Assembly: GCF_009914755.1 (NCBI RefSeq)
Contig: NC_060925.1
DNA: 64,000 nt
Reading direction: 5' to 3' (one strand)
From: the human T2T-CHM13v2.0 reference genome, Homo sapiens
Made by a program: the position numbers and the translations under genes. Positions 45,871 to 64,000 of the stretch are shown piece after piece. The notes beneath the pieces were generated by a model. It was given only the letters and a program-made list of their open reading frames with translations, was not told the DNA's origin and did not search any database. Every line of letters starts with the position of its first letter. The first letter of the stretch is position 1.

Positions 45871-48800
45871 TCTTTTACGAGTCATTTTGACTTTTGTTTT
45901 AGCCTGGTTCCACAGAAAACAGAGCCCAAGGCCAAGTTTGTGTAACTAATGCTTTATTGGAGGGTTCAAACCCAGGGAAGCAACAATGAGGGGAAAGTAA
46001 CATAAAACGGAGAAGGAGGGAAGCAAATGCAAGGTTTGTTGCCCTCAGCTCCACTACAAACAGCTGGTTGCTTGGCCACATCTCTGGAGAGGCCAATGGA
46101 ACCTTTGAATCTTGGAACAGTCTCTCAGAAAGAGGAAGGGTAAACAATTTATCTGTTCACTCTTCCTTATGTCCATTTTCTCATTGCTCAAATTTTGTCC
46201 CACAGAAGTTAACTTTCCCACATTTCCAGAGTGTGGCATGGGCCCCTTTATCGCAGCTACTGGAGAATCTAGGGCCTCCATGGATCCCACTGGACCATGA
46301 TAGTTCCCACTGTAGCACATACAATGGAGGCCATGCCAAAGGCTCATGCTTTAACACCCACTTGGAAAGGCTGAGCCAGCTGGTGGTGTCAGGAGATAAA
46401 ATAGCGATTGAGGCAGGAATTATTATTGCAGGAATGGCATGAGCCTTTGATAGGGCTACTTAGGTTGGGAAGCAGAGCAAGTGCTTAGACCAGGGGGATG
46501 GGGCATCAACAGGATATGAAGAGGTGCATAAATAAGTGCAGTATACTTGAACTTAGCTTTGTGGCCATATTTATACTTTAGATTTATGTCTTCAATTAAC
46601 TTGTTTTGGTGCTCACTGCCAGTTCTTTCTTTCTCTTAGTTACTGAAAAAATAGCTTTGAATAATCATATCCTGTAATTTAGTGTGCAGCGAAGAAGTCC
46701 AAGACTGACATTATGTTTTTGTTCTTTCTAGGTAACATATTTTATTTCCTTCTTGGATGTTTGTAAGTCATCTTCCATAGCCTTGTAATTTAAAAACATT
46801 GTCAGGCCAAGTCTAGATGTAGGTCTTCATCATTTATTTTGCAGGAAAAATGGTTATTCCTTTCTACTTCCATCTATGGGCTTTTTTTTTCCTCATCAAG
46901 AAACGGTTCTTCCCATCACATATTTAATTTTCTTCCATTTGTTTTGGTCTCTTCGTCATGAACACCAATTATCTTTTTTTCTCTTTTTTTACCTTTATCT
47001 CAACCACCTACCTCTGATCTTTCTCTCTTCATTCTGGAGTGCTCAAATAGTCCTCATTACTGATTCAATATTCTCCTAGAATCAAGTCTTTATTGCCAAT
47101 ATAGATTTTAATTCTATAGTTGCATTCTTGTATTATTTCAATCCTTCCTTATTTCATTCATAACATTGTATCGGCTTTCCATTTCAACCTCTTTCTTCTT
47201 CCACTGTATAGATGCATGTATGCAGAACATGAATAACTTTTTGAGCTCTATTGCAGATGCAAGTAGTCTCTTAAAGATTTTTTTTTTTGATCTTGCAGTA
47301 GATCATTTTTATGCTTTTCCTTTGGTTCTTTATGTGGTTATTTCCTTTCCCTTGTTCTGAGGTATTAGTTTCACAGGCTCCATGCTGGCTTTTTGTCATT
47401 GTTGTTCTTTTACTTACTTTTCCATAAATAAGAGTCTTCAAACTTAGTATTTATCAACAGATAAAATGTGTATATTTCTCTTGGTCCTGCTACTTATCCA
47501 CTTGTATATATGCCAGTTCTCATGTCAATTTCCATGTCTACTAGGCATTCACCTACTGTGGTTTCCTTCTATTGGCTTTTCCCCCCACATTGTCTGATCA
47601 TTTGTAACTCTAAATTGATGGAACACACAAAAAACTACAGTTCCCATCTTGCACTGTTCTTAGGTTCATCCTCTCTCTGCCCCTAACTATGGTGCTATAT
47701 ACTGGGGCACTACATTTCTCAACATGTAGTCTGCTCCTTACTTCCTGCTCAGCTGTTTCCTTTGAGCTCTTCTCTCTATGGATGTAGAACAACAGGAGAA
47801 GGTTCATGGAGGTAGAGGGAGGAAGAGAAGAAGAGGTGATTCATACATCTCTGGCTGCCTCAAAACCACAGTGCCTACCAGGGAAAGTGATAACCACGAA
47901 GTTCCTAGCTGGTATAGACCCCCTGATCTGAGGCAGGTGGCAAATAGGTAATTATGTACCTTTATCCTTTTTCAGACAGTGTCTGATTCATATGATAGAA
48001 CCTGACTAGCTTTGAAGAGAAGCCTAGGTAGGCTTTTCTTTATGTAGCTCAATATGCTTTAAATTTAGGAATTTTTATTCTTAGATTTAGCTGTTTTTTA
48101 GTGCATTGAGTTTTCATCTTAGTTGTTTTTACAGTGTGACGGAGGACTGAAGAAAGTTCTTCTTGCCAAAACCAAGAATCTGTCAAAATGTCTAAACTTT
48201 CAGGAATTCACCACTGAATCATAGCTATGCCCAGTAGTTGCATTACACCAACAGCAGCTAAAGCACAAGGCATTATCATGACAGTCAGCTAAGAACCGGG
48301 GGGGATTTAGTCAAAGAGGGTGAATGGAACCAGTGACATGGGAAAGTGCAATCTAGAAAACTAAGTATGTTTTGCTTTGATTATCTGAGCCATATACATA
48401 CATATTTGAACCTATTTGAAAATAGAAAAGATTTTGAAGCCAAAAAACCAGCTTTTTTTTTTTTTTTTTTTTTTTTTTTGAGACAGAGTCTCGCTCTGTC
48501 GCCCAGGCTGGAGTGTAGTGACATGATCTCGGCTCACTGCAACCTCTGCCTCCTGGGTTCAAGCAATTCTCGTGCTCAGCCTCTTGAGTAGCTAGGCCTA
48601 CAGGCGTGTGCCACCACGCCCAGCTAATTTTTTATATTTTTAGTAGAGACAGGATTTCACCATGTTGGCCAGTCTGGTCACAAACTCCTGATCTCAGGTG
48701 ATCCACCTATCTCAGCCTCCCAAAGTGCTGGGATTACAAGCGTGAGCCACTGCACCCAGCCTATTTTATTATTATTATTATTATTATTTTTAAGACAGAG

Positions 48801-49306
48801 TCTTGCTCTGTCATCAAGGCCGGAGTGCAGTGGCACAATCTTGACTCACTGCAACTTCTGCCTCCTGGGTTCAAGCAATTGTCCTACCTCAGCCACCCAA
48901 ATATCTGGGATTACAGGTGCGCACCACCACACCTGGCTAATTTTTGTATTTTTAATAGAGATAGGGTTTCACCATGTTGTCCAGGCTGATCTCAAACTCC
49001 TGACCTCAAGTGATCCACTTGCCTCGGCCTCCCAAAATGCTGGGATTACAGGCACGAGGCACCATGCCTGGCCAAACCAGCTATTTTTAAAATAACTTAT
49101 GGCTTAATTGAACTGAGCCTGTTGTTTTCAAAATAATAAGTTGTTTAAATCCAACCATTTAAAAATAAGTATTTATATACATAGTCAGGATCTAAGGATA
49201 TAGTATTGTGTCCATTTCCCATATCAAAGAAAACTGGTGAAGGGCTAAATTTGAAAACAGTCACTTCTCTTTCATCAGATTTCCCCTACAATTCCCTTAC
49301 TCTCTT

Positions 49307-49323
49307 TCTCTCTTTGTCTCTCT

Positions 49324-49366
<43 letters not shown>
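49307..49366. repeat. (TC)n(TG)20 microsatellite
   Basis: Direct read; TG run 49327-49366. Confidence 0.95.
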
Positions 49367-49369
<3 letters not shown>

Positions 49370-50303
49370 CTTTTGGACAGGTTACAACGTCAAAGTCAGA
49401 AACATCAAGGACGAAGCAGGAAACAAAAAAAGAGATAGTGGAGTCTCAAAAGAAAATTCTTGTCAATGTTTGCAATTGACTAAAAGGGAAAAATATTGAA
49501 GTTCATTCATTATCATAGATCCATGCATTCAGACTAGGAAGATTAGAGGGCTTGCTGCTGCTTGTGAAACTGAGGCATCTCACACAGAAAACTAAGCTAT
49601 TCTTAGTCTCCTAACAGCTTGTCATTTTGCAACTAATGTGGAAATATGACATTGCACGGTTTATGAAATATATATTTTTTATTGATTCTACGCTTTCAAG
49701 TTGAGGTATACATTTTCAATCCAAGAATCAATAATTTATGGAGTTAATTTTTCATTATAACTTTCTTGCAGCTGTTGAATTAGGAATGTTTTGACTCTAA
49801 GCAGGAATGTAAATTGAACATATTCCTGTGCAGGAATTCTAGGGAGTAGTGAATCAGGGAATTGGGCTGTTATAGAGTTGCCAAATACATTTGTGTATTC
49901 AATTTCAATATATTTGGACTTGAATCGCATAGGCACCTTTAAAAGCACAACTCTAACAGCCTTATTTGTTCTAGTAACAAATGATTGGTAGTAATACATG
50001 AGCTCCCGAATGGAAACTTGTTAGCAAACTTAGCTGTTAAACTTTTATTTCTAGCAAATACTTCTTAGACAAACTAATTAGCTTGGACCCAGAAGACCAA
50101 AGCTTGAAATAAATTAGTTCAAGCCTAAAAGTAATAAGACTAAGAATTTTAATCAAAATAGAAGCCCCCATTGTTACTATGTATCTTATGGCTGATAACA
50201 TTCAATGAAGTCTGATTATGTTATCACTGAGACATAAGCCAGAAGGGGCCTTATACATGAGGATGAACGACACTTCAATGTTTGTCTGTATTTATTAGTG
50301 CTT

Positions 50304-50427
50304 AATAGGTACTAGACACCATTCTGTAATAGGTGCTAAAGATTCATCAGCAAACCAAACAGACAAATAGGTACTAGACACCATTCTGTAATAGGTGCTA
50401 AAGATTCATCAGCAAACCAAACAGACA
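50304..50427. repeat. Perfect 2 x 62-bp tandem duplication
   Basis: 50304-50365 identical to 50366-50427. Confidence 0.95.
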
Positions 50428-50750
50428 AAAATCTCTGCTCTTGTGGACTTCACATTGTAGTGAGAAGAGAAAGGCCATGAACAATAGAAATAATAAATAT
50501 GTAAATTAGATAGTACGTTAGAAGGTGAGAAGTGCTATGAAAAAAGGACAGAAGAGCCTGGGCAACGTTGTGAAACCTTGTCTCTACAAAAGATACAAAA
50601 ATCAGTTGGGCATGGTGGCATGCATCTGTAGTCTCAGCTACTCAGGAGACTGAGGTAGGAGGATCATCTGAGGATGGGTGGCCCAAGGACACCACTGCAC
50701 TCCAGCCTGGGTGACAGAGTGAGACCCTGTCTCAAAAACCAAAAGCATAG

Positions 50751-51035
<285 letters not shown>

Positions 51036-51378
51036 TGAACTCCTGGCCTCAAGTGATCCACTCACCTCAGCTTCCTAAAGTGCTGGGATTACAGGCATGA
51101 GCCACTGTGCCTGGCATTAGGAGTGGTTCCAATTTTAAATGAGAAAGTCAAGGTGGGCTTTATTTTGAAAGATGATAGTTGAGCTAAGATTTGAAGGAGG
51201 ACAGATAGTTATGAAGACATTGGGGAGAGAGAGCATGCCAGACATAAAAGCTGGTGCAAAATCCCTGAGGCAGGTGCATGCCTGACAGTTAAAAGAAGCA
51301 AGGAGGGGGCCAATGGGCCTGGAACAGAGGATGCAAGTGGGAGAGATAGTAGCAGATGAGGCCAGATGGGTAATGGGA

Positions 51379-51754
51379 TGATATGGTTTGGCTGTGTCCC
51401 CCACCCAAATCTCATCTTGAATTGTAATTCCCATAATTCCCACGTGTCAAGAGCAGAACAGGTGGAGATCGTTGAATCATGGGGGTGGTTTCTGCCATGC
51501 TGGTTCTCATGATGGTGAGTGAGTTCTCACGAGATCTGATGGTTTTATAAGGGGTTTTGCCCTTCACTCGGCACTCACTCCTTCCTGCCGCCCTGTGGGG
51601 GAGGTGTCTGCTTTTCTTTTGCCTTCTGCCATGATTGTAAGTTTCCTAAGTCCTCCCAAGCCATGTGGAACTGTGAGTCAATTAAAACTTTTTCCTTTAT
51701 AAGTTCCCCTGTCTCAGGTATTGCTTCGTAGAAGTGTGAGAATGGACCAATACA
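51379..51754 (+). mobile_element. THE1 (MaLR) solo LTR
   Basis: tgatatggtttggctgtgtccc...gaatggaccaataca; 5-bp TSD tggga/gggga. Confidence 0.9.
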
Positions 51755-53184
51755 GGGGAATTGGACCATGTTGGCTATCATAAGGATTTTAGCTTTAATT
51801 CTGAGAGGTTTGAGAACCATTAGATGGTGTTTGTTTGTTTGTTTTGTTTTGAGACGTAGTTTCACTCTTGTTGCCCAGGCTGGAGTGCAATGGTGCAATC
51901 TCGGCTCACCACGACCTCCACCTCCTTGGTTCAAGCAATTCTCCTGCCTCAGCCTCCTGAGTAGCTGGGATTACAAGCATCCACCACCATGCCTGGCTAA
52001 TTTTGTATTTTTAGTAGAGACAGGGTTTCTCCATGTTGGTCAGACTGGTCTTGAACTCCTGACCTCAGGTGATCCACCCGCCTCGGGCTCCTAAAGTGCT
52101 GGCATTATAAGCGTTGAGCCACTGTGCCTGGCCTGTTTTTTTATTTTTTTTTTTGAGAGCAATTATATGGTTTTAAGCAAAGGAAAGACACAATCTGACT
52201 TCTGTTTCAAAGGATTACCCTGGTTGCTATGTTGAAAAAAGACTTTAGGGGCAAGGTGAAAACGGAAACCTGTTAGGAGTCTATTGCAATAATCCAGGTG
52301 AAAGCTGATGGTGGCTCAAACCAGAAAGGTGGTCAGGCTCTGGATATATTTTGAAAGTACAGGCAACAAGACTTCCTGGTGGCTGAAAAGGGTATGTAAG
52401 ACAGTCAAAGTATTTAAATAAAATATGTGTAATCTTTAATTGAGATAAGGAAGACTATAGATGGTGCAGCATTGGGAGGGGAAGTCAGAAGTTCAGTTTT
52501 GGACATGTGAAATTTGAGATGTCTATTACTGGAAATATTAAACAGCAATTGGTTATACCAGTTTGGAGTTCAGGGGAAAGGCCAGGGCTGTAGATAGATA
52601 TTTGGAATTTGTCAGCACATGGATGATATCTAACACTATGAGTTAAGGAGGACACCAAAGTAACAAATATACCCAGAGAAGAAAAGAGGTCCAAGGACTG
52701 AGCTTGCGGCACTCCAAGCAAGATTAAAAGGTTGGGTTTTGAGGAAGAACCAATAAGGATGCTGATAAATGGCCAGTGAGGCTGGAGGGAAACCATGAGA
52801 GCATGATATGGGGAAGCCAAGGAAAGAAAGTTTTTCCAGGAGGAGGGAATGATCAACTGTAACAAGTACTGCTGATTGACCAAGTAAAATTAGTATTGAC
52901 AGCTGTTTGCTGGATTTACCAATGACTTTGACATGAGCAATTTCTGTGGTATGGTGGAAATGAAAAAGTCTGATTGGAATAAATTTGATAAAGAATGGGA
53001 AAAAAGGGCATTAGCAACAGAAATTATAGACAATCCTTTTGAGTTTTTCTGTAAAGAGAGCAGAGAAATGGATTGTTAGCTGGTGTGGGAGAGGAGATTA
53101 AGAGATTTTAAGATGAGAGAAATAATGGCATATTTATTTGCTATTGAGACTATTCAGTGGAGAGGAGAAAATTGAAGATTGTAA

Positions 53185-53434
<250 letters not shown>

Positions 53435-54425
53435 TGATCTTGATCTCCTGACCTTGTGATTCACCTGCCTCAGCCTCCCAAAGGGCTGGGATTACAGGCG
53501 TGAGCCACCGCGACTGGCCGGTGGAGCTATATTCTTGGGTAAGCAAGAAGAGATGGGCTCTGTTGTCCATTTGAGGGCTGGCCTTACATAGGATTATACA
53601 GTTCACCTACTATAGTTGGAAAGAAAGCAGAATCTGTGTATATAGATGTTGGTAGATTGGTAGGTGGACATCTGTGGAACTTCGTTTCTGGATGCTTTTA
53701 TTTATCTCATTTGAATAGTATTTAATATTAAATACTAAATACTATTAAAATCATAAATCTTTATGAAATATTAGCAGTAACTATTTCACTTCAGCCGAAA
53801 ATGAAGATGAGGAATAAGTTCTGGAGATTTGAAGAGAGGAGGAATTGTCTTAGTCCATTATGGCCACGATAACAAAATACCTTAGACCAGGTAATTTATA
53901 AACAAGAGGCCAGGTGTGGTGGCTTAACAAACTGCCCAAATGAGGCAGCAAGAGTGCACCTAATTTTAATATCAGTTATACAAAATGCCAAACATACAAA
54001 ATGGTTATCACAGGGAAAAATTAACAGCACATCACAAGTGTGCTCCAAAGGATTTTTCCTGGAGCACCTTTCTTTCTACAGGAATACCTGTTTTACAAAG
54101 TAAGGCACATAGTTTTGTATCCTAACCATTAGGCTCAAGGCAAGTAGTGGTCTTTGTCTTTTTACATTTTTATGATTGTGACACTTAATAAATTGCTGAG
54201 CTTCAATTAGGTCTGAACATAATGGGGTCCTAAAAAGCAAACACACAGGCCCCTGTATGTCCTTTTGACAGCTGCTCATGAAAATCTACCTTTTTCATAA
54301 TTTGGATAAACTGAAGGCCACTTTGATTTTATGTTGCAAATGACAGAAATCTAAGAATTGAGCCTGAATTTTAGAAAACTGTGAAAATCAATTCCGGACA
54401 ACTGAGTCTAACACGCAAAAATCTT

Positions 54426-54728
54426 GTTTTTTTTTTTTTTTTTTTTTTTTGAGACGGAGTCTTGCCCTGTCACCCAGGCTGGAGTGCAGTGGTGCGATCT
54501 CGCTCACTGCAACCTCCGCCTCCTGGGTTCAAGCGATTCTCCTGCCCCAGCCTCTCGAGTAGCTGGGATTACAGGTGCGCGCCTCCATGCCCAGCTAATT
54601 TTTGCATTTTTAGTAGAGACGGGGTTTCACCATGTTGGTACGCTGGTCTCAAACTTCTGACCTCGTGATCCGCCCACCTCGGCCTCCCAAAGTGCTGGGA
54701 TTAGTGGCATGAGCCACCGCGCCAGGCC
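54426..54728 (-). mobile_element. AluS abutting the CpG-rich promoter
   Basis: Full dimer with many CpGs retained. Confidence 0.85.
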
Positions 54729-54729
54729 T

Positions 54730-55300
54730 ACAAATCTTGTATCTTCTTAACCACTTCCGGCTTCCTGCAAACCTCGCTCTAGGGAGCCAGAAGCGCGGAA
54801 AAGGTTTGCGGGGTCTGCGGTTGCGCAGAAGCCCAGCGACTGCAGAACCCTGCCCCAGGCACCCTGGGCGCTCTGCCCTACCGGCGGCGCCTCTCACTGC
54901 TCACGGAACGTTCTGGAAGTTTGGGAAACCCTGAGCGGTCTCTGAGGACCTGGTGAGCAGGTGGGTTTGCAGCGCTGGGGATGAGGCCTCGGCAGACCTG
55001 TCTCTTCGCGTTTTTCTTTCTTCGTTCTTCGCCGGCGTAGTGCTCTCTGACTTGCCGAGCTCAGAGCTTTACCTCAGGGCTTTGGCGGGTGAGGGGAGGA
55101 GATCCTGCCCACCCTATTTTCCCCTTGAGAATCGGTGTGGAAAGGGCTCCCTCGGGGTTTTCCCTGTCAGAAGTCCGTCACCCACCTGCGAGTGTAAATT
55201 TTATTTGCTTTAGGCTTTGTTGGTCACTCCGAAAAGTAAAGAATGGAAGAGACCGTGAAGATCCTTGTAGGCCGGCGCCTCACTGGACCCGTGAGGAGAC
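54730..55300 (+). promoter_or_regulatory. C1orf146: CpG-rich promoter region, probably of C1orf146 (SPO16/SCRE)
   Basis: The only non-repeat CpG-rich stretch in the window; ETS motif ACTTCCGG 54753-54760; E2F-like GCGCGGAAAA ~54793-54802; MYB-like CGGTTG 54818-54823; HSE 54905-54919. Gene identity comes from recalled synteny (BTBD8-C1orf146-GLMN), not coding sequence. Confidence 0.7.
54800..54952 (+). other. C1orf146: Putative non-coding first exon of C1orf146 (start approximate)
   Basis: Strong donor CTG|GTGAGC after 54952 inside the CpG-rich region; no ATG in 54800-54952; no coding exon recognised downstream within the window. Confidence 0.6.
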
Positions 55301-56406
55301 TGAGCAGGGAAAGTGACTTGCTGGAGATGATGGGGCAGTGTTAAACTTAAATTTGCAAACACTCCAGAGCTTGGAAAAAACAAAACAGTAGCAACAAAAG
55401 CCCAGAATACCAGGGCCTTGGAACTGGCAAAGGTTTAAGAGGCCACTGGGCCCACGCTTTTTGTTTTTATTTTTAATTTAACTTTTATGTTAGGTTCAGG
55501 AGTCCGTGTGCAGGTGTGTTACATAGGTTAAACTCGTGTCACGGGAGTTTGTTGTCCAGATTCTGTCGTCCCCCAGGTGCCCATTAGTGACTGTCCCTCC
55601 TCCACCTTCTGGTCCCCCGGTCCCGTCCCCCGCGCCTGCCCCTCCCCTCTGTCCCTGCACGCTCAGCGTTCACCTCCCGTTTAGAAGCTTTTTGTTTTCA
55701 GGTGAGGATGCAGCCTAACCAGAGGTGACGTGATTTGCCCAAAGCCACACAGTCCTTGCTTGGCTGCTGGTCGAGGAGCTTTTCCCCAGAAATGCTGAGA
55801 AGGCACTGCCCCAGCCCCAGGTTTCTGATTCATTCCTCACCTTTAACAGGGACTTGGGACACGACTGACCCCACTCCTTTCTCACTTATTGTGCACGTGA
55901 TTACTTTACTTCTCTTAGCTTTAGTTAAATTGTTTTTAAAACCTATGTATAAGGGTGTAAAGATTTAAATGAACATTTATGGATTACTAACTGATAGGCA
56001 CAAACATACATATCCACATACATACCAGTAACTACTCCAAAAAGTTCTTGTAACCTTTGCATATATGTATTCATAGCTATGTGGGTGTATTAGTAAGTAT
56101 GTGTAGGGGGGGTTATAGAAGTTGAAGCCCTTCCCCCAGCCAACTCACCATTTACTCATTCACAAATCTTTGAGTGTCTACTGAGTGCCAGGTGCTGAGT
56201 AAGGTAAAACAGAATCAGAATGTGTCCCTGCTCTCATGGAGCTAGTTAACTTCTCATTCATTCATTCATGCAATAAATGAGGAAATTAGAGAGCAGCTGG
56301 TTTCAACTCAGCAGGAAGAACTTTCTAATTATTAAAGTTGTTGAAAAGTAGAATGAAATCACCTTGGGAGATACTAACTTACCATCACTGAAAGTGACTT
56401 TCTCTT

Positions 56407-56441
<35 letters not shown>

Positions 56442-57262
56442 CAGAGTCTCGCTCTATCACCCACGCTGGAGTGCAGGAATGGGATCTCAGGTCACTGCAA
56501 CCTCCACCTCCTGGGTGTGCAGCCACACCTAAGGAATGGGGAGTTATATTCCCCACCCCCACTGTTTAATATTTTTAGAGACAGGGTCTTGCTATGTTGC
56601 CCAGGCTGGAGTACAGTTGTTATTTACAGGTGCAAACATAATGCACTGCAGCCTCAAACTCTTGGCCTTAAGCAATCCTCCTGCTTCAGTCTCCCGAGTA
56701 GCTTGAATTATAGGTGTGTGCCACTGTGCCCAGCTCCATGCTCCTGTTCTTAAGGTTGGAGTATATATACATAAATTTTTTGGAATTATTCTGCACAGAT
56801 TTGTCTCTTCTCCATTTATTGGTTTGTTCAAACCTTTATATCAGTATAGACTCATGGATATTCACTTTATACTTTGGATTATAATGCTATTTTATTTTGC
56901 TCAAATTGTTCCAGCTTTAGCCATTGGGAGCTCTTTCAGTTGGTTCCTGTGCTCTTATGACATGCCCCATCAATGCCATCTGTGTGGGGTTTTTTTGTTT
57001 GTTTGTTTTTGTTTTTAAGTACTTTCTTTTTGGCACTACTCTGGACTCATCTTGTATGTTTCCTGTCCCAGTCCTAGAATCGGCCATTTCTCCAAGGAGC
57101 CCTGGTTCCTTTTTTGGAGAATGCTATTTAGAAACCAAAATCTGGGTGCTAGGTGTACTTGTTGCTAGCACCCAGGTGCTAGGGTGTCGTTTGTTTTAGG
57201 CCCTTTCAGCTAACAGAGTAAAGAAATAGATGTGTGTGTACTAATCTGGGTATATACACATA

Positions 57263-57586
57263 CAGTCATGCATTGCTTAATGATGGGGATGTGTTCTGAG
57301 AAATGCATCATTAGGTGATTTTGTCATTGTGAGAACATCATAGAGTGTAATTACACAAACTTAGATGGTGTAGTCTACTAGACATCTAGGCTATATGGTA
57401 TAGCCTATTGCTCCTGGGCTACAAATATGTATAGTATGTTAATGTACTGAATACTGTAGGCAACCTGCATATCTAAACATATCTAAATGTAAAAAAAGTA
57501 AAAATACAGTATTATCATCTTGTGGCACCACCAGTCATATATGAAGTCCATTGTTGACTGAACAGTTAATATGCAATGCATGACTG
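57263..57586. mobile_element. Tigger3a/MER7-type DNA transposon
   Basis: 14-bp terminal inverted repeats cagtcatgcattgc / gcaatgcatgactg with TA on both sides. Confidence 0.85.
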
Positions 57587-58019
57587 TATCTATAAAATAT
57601 TTCTGTGTGTATTCTTCTGTATCTATATTAACAATGAGTTCATACTGTGACCGCCAATTCTAACTATGGACCATTCTAGCCTTGAGAGGTAGGATTAAAA
57701 AGAGACTTTAAACAAAAGCATGAAGAATGAAGTTTTTAAAAATGCTGTTATGAGCATTCTTGTATAAGTCTCTTAGTACAGATCACATGCATTTCTGTTG
57801 AGCATACATTTAGGAGTAGAGTTGCAGAGTTACAGGTTACGAGTATCTTCAACTTTAGTAGATAATGCCTGCCAAGAACTGTGAAAAGTCTTATCCTACT
57901 TGCAAGCTAATAAGCTAGCCTGTTACTGTTTTATAGATGCTTGCAGAATATATAAGATGCCTCAGAGACAAAGAATATTTTTAATTCATGGAAAAAGCAG
58001 GAATTAAATTAAATCATGA

Positions 58020-58420
58020 CTTGGATAAAGAAAATGAACATATACATCATAGAATACTATGCAGCCATGAAAAGAAAGAAATCATGTCCTTTACAGCAAC
58101 ACGGATGCAGCTGGAGGCCATTATCCTAAGTGAATTAGTGCATGAACAGAAAACCAAATGCCACATGCTCTCACTTATAAGTGGGAGCTAACCATTGAGT
58201 ACATATGGACATAAAGATACAAACAATAGACAATGGGGACTACTAGAGGGGAGAGGGAGGAAGGAGGATAAGGGCTGAAAAACTACCTTTTGGGTACTGT
58301 GCTCACTACCTGGGTTACAGGATCATTTGTACCACAAACCTCAACATCACACAATATACCCATGAAACAAACCTGCACATATACCCCCTGAATCTAAAAT
58401 AAAAGTTGAAATTTAAAAAG
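58020..58420 (+). mobile_element. L1PA/L1PB 3' end fragment
   Basis: ORF2 C-terminal remnant (MQLEAIILSEL..QKTKCHMLSLISGS) and 3'UTR ending ctaaaataaaagttga. Confidence 0.8.
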
Positions 58421-58988
58421 AAATTTTTACCACTGAAACAACATGCTGTAAGAGCAAAGGTGGTATTTTTCTAGCTTTATAAGCAGTGCAGATTATTTTA
58501 TCTAAAAGTTGAAGATATTTTTCCTTTTGGAAAATAATTGGGATGTGGTAACTTCTGGGACCTTTTTCAGTGAATATCAAAGTGTTTCAAAGAGGTTATT
58601 TTTCACTATGCATAACAAGGGATTAGTTTTGCTTTCTTTGCTTGATTTCAACTGCCTGGCATTAATTTTAGTTTCCATAGCAGCAATAGTAAGCAATTGG
58701 CATTGGAGTAGCCAGATTTGCTGCAGATACCAGAATCTCACCATAGGAAATATTTTAAGTAGCCCTGGTGTTGGACTCCTGTACTTCTCTTCTGACACAA
58801 CAGAATTTGCTAATTTTAAAATGACACACTTATCATTATTGAATATTTTCAGAGCTATTTAAAAACCTGTAAGATGGCTGGGTGTGGTGACTCACACCTG
58901 TAATCCCAGCACTTTGGGAGTCTAAGGTGGGCAGATCACCTGAGGTCAGGAGTGACCATCCTGGCCAATGTGGCGAAACCCCATCTTA

Positions 58989-64000
<5,012 letters not shown>

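Noticed and set aside
55689-55707. Recursive-splice-like ttttgttttcag|gtgagg
   Set aside because: It lies in MIR-derived sequence only ~750 nt into the intron; probably a chance variant of the MIR core.
58509-58862. Overlapping 117-aa (+) and 73-aa (-) ORFs and a possible minus-strand 50-nt exon
   Set aside because: No recognisable homology or supporting gene structure.

Overview
This is AT-rich, Alu-dense primate DNA that I recognise as the human (or great-ape) 1p22 locus. Bases 1 to ~21.6 kb hold the 3' part of BTBD8 (the former KIAA1107/APache) on the + strand. Nine GT-AG coding exons (3815-3997, 4705-4842, 5723-5852, 8256-8317, 13686-14403, 14668-14755, 15169-15308, 17122-19452, 20721-21187) join into one open frame of 1418 codons plus TAA, followed by an AATAAA at 21554. 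About 33 kb of repeat-rich intergenic DNA follows, with Alu, L1, L2, MIR, solo LTRs, DNA transposons, a 5S rRNA fragment and a decayed KRAB-ZNF fragment. A CpG-rich promoter and non-coding first exon at ~54.75-54.95 kb is most likely the meiotic gene C1orf146 (SPO16/SCRE), assigned from recalled synteny; its intron 1 fills the rest of the window. Most short ORFs in the ORF track are Alu/L1 artefacts. I found no new multi-gene system. The best leads are: (i) a cryptic 96-nt exon with a CCAAT box in a repeat-free BTBD8 intron that could split the locus into BTB and short APache products; (ii) two inverted, locally templated insertions captured in or beside Alus; (iii) a perfect heat-shock element in the putative C1orf146 first exon; (iv) small L1-mobilised relics (LTR12 3' end, tailless 5S); (v) a perfect 62-bp tandem duplication. 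Repeat subfamily names and consensus comparisons are from memory and need RepeatMasker/Dfam confirmation.
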